From the NCBI GenBank assembly GCA_014595895.1, contig JABUKB010000002.1, positions 152,770 through 184,769 on the forward strand: DNA of 32,000 nucleotides. The letters are read 5' to 3'. The position numbers were made by a program, and so were the translations under genes. Each line of letters starts with the position of its first letter. Within the stretch, counting starts at the first letter, position 1. The notes under the pieces were generated by a model, which worked only from the letters and a program-made list of their open reading frames with translations, was not told where the DNA came from and did not search any database. The DNA is from Lysinibacillus odysseyi (lineage in GTDB: Bacteria; Bacillota; Bacilli; Bacillales_A; Planococcaceae). Shown here in pieces: positions 17,006 through 25,596 of this stretch.

Positions 17006-18145
17006 ATGAGTATTCAACCACATGGAGGAAAACTAGTTTATTCTTACGATCCAAATGCATCTTTTGAAAACATCGAAAAGGAAATTCAACTTGATGCCAT
17101 TGCACTAAGCGATCTTGAGCTAATCGGTATCGGAGCATATAGCCCAATTGAAGGCTTTTTATCAAAAGAAGACTACGAGAATGTCGTGGAAAAAATGCGC
17201 CTTGCTTCAGGTATCGTTTGGAGTATTCCGATTGCCCTGCCGGTTTCAGAAGATATAGCAGCTGCTTTACAAGTAGGCGAAAAGGCAAAACTGGTTTTTG
17301 AAGGAGAAGTATTTGGCTTAATCGAAATTAGCGATATCTACTCGCCTGATAAACATGTTGAAGCGGTATCTGTTTATGGTACAGATGACTTAAACCACCC
17401 AGGTGTGAAAAAATTATTCGATCGCCCTAATACGTATGTAGGTGGAAAAACAATATTAATTAAAAAAGCAACGAAGGAATTCCCTTCTTACAGTTTCGAA
17501 CCAAAAGAAACAAGAGCTATTTTCGAGGAAAAAGGCTGGGAGACAATTGTTGGGTTCCAAACGAGAAACCCAGTACACCGCGCCCATGAATATATTCAAA
17601 AAGTCGCTTTGGAAATCGTAGATGGTCTTTTCTTAAACCCGCTTGTCGGGGAAACAAAATCAGACGATATTTCAGCAAAAATCCGCATGGAAAGCTACGA
17701 AGTATTGCTTGATCAATATTATCCAAGAGAACGTGTACAATTAGGTGTTTTCCTGGCTGCGATGCGTTATGCAGGTCCTAGAGAAGCGATTTTCCATGCA
17801 CTTGTTCGCAAAAACTATGGCTGTACACATTTTATCGTCGGTCGTGACCACGCTGGAGTTGGCGATTATTATGGCACGTACGATGCTCAGAAAATTTTCG
17901 AGCAATTTACTCCTGAAGAAATTGGCATCACGCCATTAAAGTTTGAACATAGTTTCTATTGTACTGCTTGTGAAGGCATGGCCACAACAAAAACGTGCCC
18001 GCATGATGCGTCTTCACGCATTATCTTATCAGGTACCAAAGTACGCGAAATGTTAAGAAACGGAGAAATTCCTCCAAGCACATTCAGCCGTAAAGAAGTA
18101 ATTGAAGTGTTAATTAAAGGGTTGCGTCAAGAAATTCATTCATAA
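17006..18145 (+). CDS. sat: sulfate adenylyltransferase (ATP sulfurylase)
   Basis: ATG at 17006 ([11 protein letters not shown]...) with AGGAGG SD; the ORF-track start at 16847 overlaps cysH and is rejected. Motifs [11 protein letters not shown] and GRDHAGVG. Confidence 0.92.
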   Translation: MSIQPHGGKLVYSYDPNASFENIEKEIQLDAIALSDLELIGIGAYSPIEGFLSKEDYENVVEKMRLASGIVWSIPIALPVSEDIAAALQVGEKAKLVFEGEVFGLIEISDIYSPDKHVEAVSVYGTDDLNHPGVKKLFDRPNTYVGGKTILIKKATKEFPSYSFEPKETRAIFEEKGWETIVGFQTRNPVHRAHEYIQKVALEIVDGLFLNPLVGETKSDDISAKIRMESYEVLLDQYYPRERVQLGVFLAAMRYAGPREAIFHALVRKNYGCTHFIVGRDHAGVGDYYGTYDAQKIFEQFTPEEIGITPLKFEHSFYCTACEGMATTKTCPHDASSRIILSGTKVREMLRNGEIPPSTFSRKEVIEVLIKGLRQEIHS

Positions 18146-18162
18146 TAAAGAGGTGTAGAATT

Positions 18163-18756
18163 TTGAGTACAAATATCGTTTGGCATGAAGCATCCATCAG
18201 TAAAGCAGAAAGAAGAGAAAAAAATAAACATCACAGCTTTATCCTTTGGTTTACGGGACTATCCGCATCCGGAAAATCATCCATCGCAAATGCTGTGGCA
18301 AGTAAGCTGTTTGAACAAGGAAACCAATCATTCGTTTTGGATGGAGATAATATCCGTCATGGCTTAAACAAAAATTTAGGCTTTGATGAAGAATCGCGCA
18401 AAGAAAACATCCGCCGAATTGGTGAAGTATCCAAACTATTTTTGGAGAGCGGTCAAATCGTCTTAACAGCTTTCATCTCCCCTTACAAAGAGGACCGAAA
18501 TGTCGTAAGAGCCCTTGTTGAAGACGGTGAGTTTGTTGAGGTGTATGTACAATGTTCTGTAGAAGAATGTGAACGCAGAGATCCTAAAGGACTTTACACT
18601 AAAGCCCGCAATGGCGAAATTCCAAACTTCACAGGGATTAGTGCTCCCTACGAAGCGCCAGACAATCCTGAATTAGTGGTCGATAGCGAGAACTTCTCAG
18701 TGGAAGAGTGCACAGAGCAAATTATTCAATATCTGACTGAGAAAAAGTATATATAA
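18163..18756 (+). CDS. cysC: adenylyl-sulfate kinase
   Basis: TTG start at 18163 with AAAGAGGTG SD. P-loop GLSASGKSS. 197 aa. Confidence 0.92.
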   Translation: MSTNIVWHEASISKAERREKNKHHSFILWFTGLSASGKSSIANAVASKLFEQGNQSFVLDGDNIRHGLNKNLGFDEESRKENIRRIGEVSKLFLESGQIVLTAFISPYKEDRNVVRALVEDGEFVEVYVQCSVEECERRDPKGLYTKARNGEIPNFTGISAPYEAPDNPELVVDSENFSVEECTEQIIQYLTEKKYI

Positions 18757-18870
18757 CTTTCATTCAATTTAGGCGAGGGTTGTGCCTTCACTAAAATGGT
18801 TAATTTTCTAAATTCATCTTAACTTTTAGAAGTGAGGCTGTTTAAACTACGTATTAATTTAATTTATTAT

Positions 18871-18912
18871 AAAAAATCGAGCGTTTAATAGCGCTCGATT
18901 TTTTGTTTTTTT
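18871..18912 (+). terminator. rho-independent terminator of cysH-sat-cysC
   Basis: Perfect 13-bp stem AAAAAATCGAGCG (18871-18883) / CGCTCGATTTTTT (18892-18904), with the T-run continuing to 18912. Confidence 0.7.
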
Positions 18913-18916
18913 CAAT

Positions 18917-18951
18917 ATAAAAAACCTCCTAATCGTTTTAATTAGAAGGTT
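18917..18951 (-). terminator. ssrA-type terminator hairpin left beyond the partial ssrA copy
   Basis: CCTCCTAAT (18925-18933) / ATTAGAAGG (18941-18949); on the minus strand it is followed by TTTTTT (complement of 18919-18924). A homologous hairpin sits downstream of the intact ssrA at 26572-26604. Confidence 0.55.
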
Positions 18952-19083
18952 AAATAAACTGCATTCAATTATATGTAATTCACCAAAAAGAAAAGACATT
19001 ATCCAATGGGTAATACACCCTTGAATAACACCTTAACTGTTAAAAACGTTGATATACCGCCATTTCTGACGACTACCTATGTA

Positions 19084-19183
19084 TGGAGACGGCGGGAGTC
19101 GAACCCGCGTCCAGAAACTCCAATACTCCAGCTTCTACGCGTGTAGTTTGCCTATTTGCAATTCGCGAGTCTTTATGCCGACA
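19084..19183. repeat. direct repeat: duplicated 3' end of ssrA (distal att site of the island)
   Basis: 19084-19171 is identical at all 88 nt to 26738-26825. 10 of the next 12 nt also match (TTTATGCCGACA vs CGTATGCCGACA). Confidence 0.92.
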
Positions 19184-19308
19184 CCTAGAACGACAAGGGT
19201 TTACACACTTTTTAGCCGCGCTCATTTCAACTATTTTTATCCACTAGGGAGTATTACATATTTACGAACTTGGTTCAAAGACCGTCGAGTTAATTGTACC
19301 ATACATAT

Positions 19309-20319
19309 TTATTTGTTAACGTGCTTATTTAACTCTTCTCGTACTATATCCCTTGTTAATTTTCCTAATACCTTCTTTTTATCATCTATGGGTTCATTAA
19401 ACAGAGAATTATGTAATTCTCTTTCATCTTTAAAAATTAAGGTATTAGAAAAAGCTAATTGTTGTAAATATACTTCGTTATAAATCAAGCCTTTTTTTAT
19501 AATATCTTGTACATAGAACTTATGAAATTCATTATAAATTTTTTCAAGATGAAATAATGTTATATTGCCCTTGATTTTTTTACCATAATACTCCTCTTTT
19601 TCATCATAATCAAAAATTATATTAAAATCTTCATTCACACCTAGTATAGTCGCTACATAATCTTCGAGACCTGAGTTATTATCAGATATAAGTTCTTCAG
19701 ATTTAACAATCTTTCTTTTTATGTTTATTCGTTCACTAATTTCTTTCTCAAATGGGGAATAATGCGTTCGCAAACTAACTGATTGTTTATTTTTTAAGTC
19801 TGAATTACAAACTTTACAAGATGGCACTAAGTTATACAACGAAAGTGCCAATAATGGATATGAGGCTTTATCAAAGAAATGGTCAAGAGTAGCACGTGTC
19901 CTTCCTTCGGAACTTTCATATATAAATGTAAACTGAGAATTACAATAAGGACATACCATTATCTCTAGTTCTTTTAAATATTTATATGCATTCCATTCTG
20001 CTGCTTTCCCAAAATATTTATATTCATCTATAAAAATTTCCAACTTATCTGAGATATATTTTTTATCTTCAACGGAAAGTGATTTTAACATCTTTTCATA
20101 TTGATTCACAGCAATATCCAATATTTCTAAATTACCAATGATAATCTCTTCTAAATTATCTAATATCCACCTAAAAACACGTTTAAGAACTACCTGTTTT
20201 TCTTCGTCAACAATCTTTTTTAACTTTTTATATAGCCTTTCATTCTTATTTTTGTTACTACCAAAAACTAATTTCTTATGACTTTCTAAAATAGTATCAT
20301 TTAAAATAAGTTCAATCAT
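19309..20319 (-). CDS. ptuB: HNH endonuclease-domain protein (PtuB-like, Septu-type partner)
   Basis: HNH motif CPYCNSQF-x14-ATLDHFFDKASYP-x9-NLVPSCKVCNSDLKNK in mid-protein. Preferred start is ATG 20319 (AGGTGA SD, complement of 20331-20336), which overlaps the upstream gene's stop as ATGATTGA. GTG 20334 (ORF-track start) is the alternative. Confidence 0.65.
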   Translation of the reverse strand: MIELILNDTILESHKKLVFGSNKNKNERLYKKLKKIVDEEKQVVLKRVFRWILDNLEEIIIGNLEILDIAVNQYEKMLKSLSVEDKKYISDKLEIFIDEYKYFGKAAEWNAYKYLKELEIMVCPYCNSQFTFIYESSEGRTRATLDHFFDKASYPLLALSLYNLVPSCKVCNSDLKNKQSVSLRTHYSPFEKEISERINIKRKIVKSEELISDNNSGLEDYVATILGVNEDFNIIFDYDEKEEYYGKKIKGNITLFHLEKIYNEFHKFYVQDIIKKGLIYNEVYLQQLAFSNTLIFKDERELHNSLFNEPIDDKKKVLGKLTRDIVREELNKHVNK

Positions 20320-22126
20320 GTGATTGGTTTTCACCTAGCTTTTTCAAATCATTTATTTTCATTTCAAAAATATCAATTAGTTCTATTAAATCTTGTGACT
20401 CAAATAACTTTAATTTACTTTTGTATATGTCATAAACCTTATTTCTTAAGATTGGTTCTCCTATTAAGTCAATAAATTTGATTATACTCTCTCTCTCTTT
20501 ATAAACTTTTGTTGGAGAAGCTTCTAAAAGCCATCTAATACAACTATTTATTCTTTCTTTTGCAAATTGCCCTATTAAACCTTCTTTAATGAAAAAAGAA
20601 TTTGATAGTAACTCACTTATATTAGCTGCAAAAGTTCTTGGACTTCCTTCTAGTTCTTTTATAGTATCATTATTTATTTCTTTTTCTTTTGTTAGGAAAG
20701 TAACATTAGTATTGGGAATATCAGATAATACGAATGGTGAATGTGTAGTAAGAATAACTTGTATATTTCCTTCAAAAATAACATCTACCATCTTAACAAA
20801 GTAATATAACCAATCCTTTTGTAACTGAGGGTGAAAGTATAAATCTCCTTCATCAATTAGCAATAAAAAGGAATCATATTCCCCTGGTTTTATTAACTTT
20901 TCTATTACATAAGCAAAACGAGAAAATAAAGTAAGAAAACTAAATTGACCACTACTTAATTCCAACCATGAAAATTTTAAAAACTCATAATCTAAAAACT
21001 CATCAATATATAAATTTATAAATTCTTTTGAATTAGATAATGTACCATCAATTTCTATGTATTCATACATCAAGTCTTCTCCAGTTAATAAATCCACACT
21101 ATAATCCGTTCGTAATTTTATTCTTAAATTTGAAAATAAATTATAGAGATTGAGATATCTATTTGCTAATACATCTACTTCTTTCATAAATTTTAAGCTG
21201 GCAAATAGTTCACTGGCTGATTCATTTATTTTATGCTTTATTAAATTCATAAAGTCTTTTTCACTTTTAGCATTTTTTATAGCTGATGATAAAATTTCTC
21301 GTAATTCTTCAAGAGAAATACCAATACTTGATTCTATAAGTATATTTTCAACTTCTAACATAAAACTTTCAATAAAGTTCAATTGGAAAACCTTTTTAAA
21401 ACTTGTACTTTTTTTAAGATTATTACTTCTAAATATATTTATTTCATAGTTATTTAGGTATCTATAATCTTTTCTTTTAGCGTTTACCTTGTTTTCAATT
21501 TTAATTCTTGAAGGTAACTCTATTATTCTATTGATATCATATTTATTTTTATATTTATTAACAAAGAAAATTTGTTTCTGTAATTCTTCATGTATAAATT
21601 CATTTACATTTTCATGTCTACTTAATAATGCATTTGTAGATATATTTACTATTTCATCAGTATCTTCTGAGAAATTGCTATTTAAATATCTTACATCAAA
21701 TATATTTGAAAAGAATATTGTTAAATAATTTGGGTGGTAAAAGTTTCTTGTTTCTATGTTGAATGTTTTATTCCCTAGAAATTCAATTTTCATATCATTT
21801 GAAAATCTGTAGTCTTTATATATTTTTTTATTATTCGAATAAATTATCAGATAATCATTTAATCCAGAATCGGTCATAAGGTTCACCAAAAAATCTAATA
21901 TAGTTGATTTACCCGAACCATTTTCCCCAACAAATGCAGATATATCAAAATTTCCAATACCACTATTTTTCAAACTATTTTTAAAAAAGTCCGATATGTA
22001 AATATCGTTCTCTTTTACTGTCAATGAATCATTCCCATCAAAATGAAAATTGTACCTACTTCCAAAATTAGCTTGAAAATTATTTATTGCTTTATATTTT
22101 TTAAACCATATAAATAGAATTTGCAT
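20312..22126 (-). CDS. ptuA: ABC/SMC-type ATPase (AAA_15/AAA_21-like; PtuA-like)
   Basis: 604 aa with GGAGGAG SD. Walker A GENGSGKST, ABC signature LSSGQ, Walker B LLLIDEGDLYFHP, H-loop ILTTHSP. A long, poorly conserved insert separates the N- and C-terminal ATPase halves. Confidence 0.7.
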   Translation of the reverse strand: MQILFIWFKKYKAINNFQANFGSRYNFHFDGNDSLTVKENDIYISDFFKNSLKNSGIGNFDISAFVGENGSGKSTILDFLVNLMTDSGLNDYLIIYSNNKKIYKDYRFSNDMKIEFLGNKTFNIETRNFYHPNYLTIFFSNIFDVRYLNSNFSEDTDEIVNISTNALLSRHENVNEFIHEELQKQIFFVNKYKNKYDINRIIELPSRIKIENKVNAKRKDYRYLNNYEINIFRSNNLKKSTSFKKVFQLNFIESFMLEVENILIESSIGISLEELREILSSAIKNAKSEKDFMNLIKHKINESASELFASLKFMKEVDVLANRYLNLYNLFSNLRIKLRTDYSVDLLTGEDLMYEYIEIDGTLSNSKEFINLYIDEFLDYEFLKFSWLELSSGQFSFLTLFSRFAYVIEKLIKPGEYDSFLLLIDEGDLYFHPQLQKDWLYYFVKMVDVIFEGNIQVILTTHSPFVLSDIPNTNVTFLTKEKEINNDTIKELEGSPRTFAANISELLSNSFFIKEGLIGQFAKERINSCIRWLLEASPTKVYKERESIIKFIDLIGEPILRNKVYDIYKSKLKLFESQDLIELIDIFEMKINDLKKLGENQSHD

Positions 22127-22624
22127 AGTTAATTACTCCTCCTAATAGAACCATTATACATTATTTCCCACGCACGAATTGTGCACAAAAAAATCACTGT
22201 GTATATTTTACATTCACTTATCCATAGTACAGCTCCCCCTATCCCCTAGGGTAGGGCTTATGCTATATTTCATTTGAACAATTTTGTATAATTACTAACT
22301 CAATTACATCTTGTATTAGTAGAACTATTTTATTTTTCAGTTACCATTTGCATTGCCTGAGATTTACCATTCAGTATCCCCCTTACCTTGATTCCTATTT
22401 GTTTAGTTGCCATGACTTTTAGTATTTCTTCTATATAGAGAACGCATGGATACTCTGATATCTTTTGAATATGGTTATGACAGGAGTTAAATACTTTTAT
22501 TGACAGTATATTGTTTAAAACTCTAATGGTAATTTAATTTATAACATTTTTACCAAAATTAATTAAAATATTATCTTTATTAATATATTATAAAGATAAA
22601 TATTTATTTAGGAGGAGAAATACT

Positions 22625-23269
22625 ATGATTTACAATACACATTCATTTAGGTATGGATTGGACTTATTCCAAACTAATCCACAGTTTACAGAGCTTTGGA
22701 ATGAAATTCAGTCTGTACTAGATAACATTACTGATCAGGATTTAATAAATTATTATAATGCTAATTCTAGAACATCAAAGAAAAGCCTATCCGAAGCTAT
22801 AAATACATTGATTGATGAACGATTAGTAGCATTACAATGGACTCGTCAAAGTCCAATATTTAATAATTCTGAGTATAGACCTACAAGTAGAAATAGATGG
22901 TGGACACTTGATTTCACAAAAGAATCTTTAGCGGTAGAAGTAGCATTTAATCATGGTGAAGCTGTAGCTTGGAATCTAATTAAACCTGTACTTTCGAGTG
23001 AATTAAATCATGTTGAAAAAGCAATTCAAACTCATGCCGGAGTAATAATTACGGCAAAAGATTCACTTAAACGTGCAGGGAATTTTGATAGTTCCATTGG
23101 CACTTACGAAAAATTCCTACAATACTTAGCGCCTTTTAGAAATATTTTATCGGTACCAATGGTAATTATCGGTCTAGATGCACCTGAAACATTTATTATT
23201 GACCGAACAACAAAAGAAGTTAGTTATATAGAACCACAATTAGAAACCCAATATAACCTATTTGATTAA
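22625..23269 (+). CDS. BglII/BamHI-family type II restriction endonuclease-like protein (214 aa), no cognate methyltransferase nearby
   Basis: GGAGGAG SD 7 nt upstream. As far as I recall BglII, similarity runs end to end: N-terminal NPQ..W.EI, WTLDFTKESLAVEVAF vs BglII TDIDFGKRDTLVEVQF (D-x8-E-x-Q/A catalytic spacing), and AGVIITAK / VPMVIIGL vs VAIIITKG / VPIRLVGL. Confidence 0.55.
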   Translation: MIYNTHSFRYGLDLFQTNPQFTELWNEIQSVLDNITDQDLINYYNANSRTSKKSLSEAINTLIDERLVALQWTRQSPIFNNSEYRPTSRNRWWTLDFTKESLAVEVAFNHGEAVAWNLIKPVLSSELNHVEKAIQTHAGVIITAKDSLKRAGNFDSSIGTYEKFLQYLAPFRNILSVPMVIIGLDAPETFIIDRTTKEVSYIEPQLETQYNLFD

Positions 23270-23271
23270 GT

Positions 23272-23330
23272 AAATAAAAATAAGCTGCCACTAGTTATAT
23301 AGACTAATGACAGCTTCTTTTATATTTTGG
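23272..23330. terminator. bidirectional terminator between the convergent nuclease genes
   Basis: Imperfect 14-bp stem (23282-23295 / 23301-23316) flanked by an A-run on the left and CTTTTATATTTT on the right. Confidence 0.5.
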
Positions 23331-24333
23331 CTCTATAAACAGTAGGCCGCAAGTTAAGTGAGTTTTCAAGGTTACCTTCTACTCTAAAAAACTTCCCTGA
23401 ATTTGATTTATGGTCATAATGATAGACTCTATACAATTCATAGTTACTTGGATACTCTGAAGAAAATGCCAGTTCATTTGCAGTTATTATAAAAGGTGTA
23501 TTAATGCCACCTTTTGTAGTTTTAACTTCAATATATAATGATGTGTTATCATCTTTAATTAGCTCTATATCGTATCCTGCGCCATCTCCTTCTATGACAG
23601 AAGTATGAATGACTTTATTTACATCATATCCCAGATTATTTATTAGATAATCTACAACCAGTAATTCCCCTTTTAGACCTAGTTCACGATTCCTTTCACC
23701 ATTCTCAGCATAATCAGGTTTGGAAGTATGAAAGTTTCTTGATGTATTACTTGTATCTAGCACCGGATTGGGCCTTTGGGTTTCAGTTAAATGGTCACTG
23801 GTAATATCATCATTTTGATTAATTAATGTATTTAGTGTTAAGTCCATTCTAGCTAATATACTAGAAGGAGGGATTTCCCAATCCACAATCTGCCATTTAA
23901 AATAAACCGGCTGTTCTCTTGTAATATCATGTGTTACATAGGCTAACCTTCCTAAATAAGTAAAAGGTTCAACTTGTTTAGTTAAATTATTTTTTTTCTT
24001 AGTTCTTAAGAAAAGGTATATATTATCTACTAAATGGTTATGGTTAATCAGTTGTAAAATTATCTCATTATTTAAAGTCTGTTTAGGTTGTGATTGCCAA
24101 GTCAATATACCATCTTCAGTAATACTTTCATCGAAATCATGCCCTAGTTGTTTTTGGCCAAATGTAACAAAAAACACAAAATCTTTTTTCCTTTTAGGAA
24201 TCTTAACAAGTCCATGTATTCCCCAAGTCCCTGATCCAGTTGTAAAAGAGGTTACACCATCAAATATCTTGTACACATCTTCTCTGGAATATTGTTCGTA
24301 TAACTTTAATGGTTTAACTGACAAAATCTTCAC
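23320..24333 (-). CDS. fusion protein: N-terminal DUF3427-like domain + C-terminal DUF3883-like PD-(D/E)xK nuclease domain (candidate modification-dependent nuclease)
   Basis: GTG start at 24333 with AGGAAAGG upstream. N-terminal half: YSREDVYKIF..FVFFVTFGQ..ILTWQSQPKQ..IYLFLRTKK..FTYLGRL..VYFKWQIVDWEIP matches my recollection of DUF3427. C-terminal half: LGLKGELLVVDYL..GAGYDIELIK..LYIEVKTTKG..FIITANELAFS..YELYRVY matches DUF3883 (D..EVK nuclease motif). Confidence 0.6.
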   Translation of the reverse strand: MKILSVKPLKLYEQYSREDVYKIFDGVTSFTTGSGTWGIHGLVKIPKRKKDFVFFVTFGQKQLGHDFDESITEDGILTWQSQPKQTLNNEIILQLINHNHLVDNIYLFLRTKKKNNLTKQVEPFTYLGRLAYVTHDITREQPVYFKWQIVDWEIPPSSILARMDLTLNTLINQNDDITSDHLTETQRPNPVLDTSNTSRNFHTSKPDYAENGERNRELGLKGELLVVDYLINNLGYDVNKVIHTSVIEGDGAGYDIELIKDDNTSLYIEVKTTKGGINTPFIITANELAFSSEYPSNYELYRVYHYDHKSNSGKFFRVEGNLENSLNLRPTVYRAKI

Positions 24334-24381
24334 CCTTTCCTATCTTCCCAATCACTATTTATCGTTCAGCGTCCTCTTATT

Positions 24382-24390
24382 ATTATAACA
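24382..24390 (-). promoter_or_regulatory. extended -10 element (TGTTATAAT) upstream of the DUF3427-DUF3883 gene
   Basis: The complement of 24382-24390 reads TGTTATAAT (TGnTATAAT consensus), about 50 nt upstream of the GTG start. Confidence 0.35.
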
Positions 24391-24436
24391 ACTTAAATAT
24401 CCAGTAAAAGTAGTAATAAGTACATTTGAATAAAAT

Positions 24437-24952
24437 TTATTCTAAACAATCAATAACTTCTTCGTACTCAGTATCTTCAAAGATATAAGTATCTGAATCG
24501 ACAAAAACTTTATCTACATAACAATTAACAGGATTATATACACACATACTATGATTTCCTCCCTTATTCAACTTCACAGCTTTTAATAATTTTTTACCAC
24601 CAAATTCCATATTAACTAATGATGTATTAACGGTTTTCCCCACCTGTTGCCTAGAAATACCCACTAACTCACCAATCTTTTCTTGTGAAATCCATGAATA
24701 TCCATCGTTATCAGTAAAACTTGCTATTACTAATAGAATTTTTAGAGCTGTGGGGGAAAGCTCCTTCAATCCCCCACTAGCTATATAATCCTTATCTAAA
24801 GAAACAAATACTTTGAATTTTTCCTGATCATTCTTATCTTGTGTACAGTATAATTTAATGAAAGGTTGTTGTTCTATTTCATCTTTTGTATATGTACTTG
24901 AAATATATTGTTTAGCTTTATTAATTAATTTATTATCAATCTTGTTAGCCAC
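24437..24952 (-). CDS. winged-helix/HTH DNA-binding protein (171 aa), island regulator or replication-initiator-like
   Basis: GTG start at 24952 with a GGAGG SD 8 nt upstream. LSPTALKILLVIASFTDNDGYSWISQEKIGELVGISRQQVGKTV is a typical wHTH segment of phage/plasmid Rep- or DnaD-like proteins. Acidic C-terminus. Confidence 0.5.
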   Translation of the reverse strand: MANKIDNKLINKAKQYISSTYTKDEIEQQPFIKLYCTQDKNDQEKFKVFVSLDKDYIASGGLKELSPTALKILLVIASFTDNDGYSWISQEKIGELVGISRQQVGKTVNTSLVNMEFGGKKLLKAVKLNKGGNHSMCVYNPVNCYVDKVFVDSDTYIFEDTEYEEVIDCLE

Positions 24953-24968
24953 TCTAAATTCCTCCTGT

Positions 24969-25304
24969 TTAATTACTAACTGCTAATTCAGAATAAATAA
25001 TGTAAACTGTATCACCTAACAATTGTTTTTCATCAACAATTTCCAAAACTGATACCCCAAACAATGTTTTATTAAGTAACTTATCATTTATAATTTCTAC
25101 TAAAGCATCTTCTTTCATTTTAGTAACTGCTAACAGGCTTTCTACATCTAAAATTCCATATCCATTATCATCACAATTTTTTAATATAGCTTTTGATACT
25201 GTAATACACTCATCTTCTAAATATTTATGTACAATACAATCATCAAAAAATTTCTCTAAAAATTCCTCATGTGTGTAACCTACATAATAATAATTTAATC
25301 CCAT
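24969..25304 (-). CDS. hypothetical acidic protein (111 aa)
   Basis: ATG at 25304 with an AGGAG SD. Its stop lies inside the SD region of the downstream wHTH gene, suggesting an operon. No family recognised. Confidence 0.45.
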   Translation of the reverse strand: MGLNYYYVGYTHEEFLEKFFDDCIVHKYLEDECITVSKAILKNCDDNGYGILDVESLLAVTKMKEDALVEIINDKLLNKTLFGVSVLEIVDEKQLLGDTVYIIYSELAVSN

Positions 25305-25361
25305 TTTGTAACAACTCCTAAATTTATTTATTGTGTTATTTTGATGCTTGGGCTTTATAAT

Positions 25362-25392
25362 CTTTATACTCTTTCAACCCTTTATACTCTTT
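25362..25392. repeat. 13-nt direct repeat x2 (CTTTATACTCTTT) with an 18-nt period
   Basis: Exact copies at 25362-25374 and 25380-25392, plus a degenerate third copy GCTTTATAATC at 25352-25362. They sit 58-90 nt upstream of the 111-aa ORF (minus strand). Confidence 0.7.
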
Positions 25393-25480
25393 AGTGTCAA
25401 CTTTCCTTTCCCCCTGACATAGCTATAATTAGATAATGATTTAAAAGTGTGACATCCAAATAAAAAAATATTGTAGAAAT

Positions 25481-25507
25481 AAAAAAGAACCTAACTGATT
25501 AGCTAGG
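25481..25507 (-). terminator. putative terminator of the integrase gene
   Basis: On the minus strand CCTAGCT-AATC-AGTTAGG forms a 7-bp stem with one G-U pair, followed by TTCTTTTTTA. Confidence 0.4.
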
Positions 25508-25596
25508 CTCTAGGGTATCCCCAGGGGGATGGGATGTCTCATTCTGATACAAAACAAGGCATTATTTATTTTTTGTAGTCTCGGATATTCTCCTGA

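Noticed and set aside
19079-19483. 134-aa plus-strand ORF from the ORF track
   Set aside because: It starts inside the duplicated tmRNA 3' end and overlaps the C-terminus of the HNH gene on the other strand. It has no SD and its composition is repeat-driven. Treated as spurious.
22331-22413. 27-codon minus-strand ORF (MATKQIGIKVRGILNGKSQAMQMVTEK) in the 498-bp divergent region of the island
   Set aside because: No SD precedes the ATG and nothing is recognisable in the peptide. Insufficient support.
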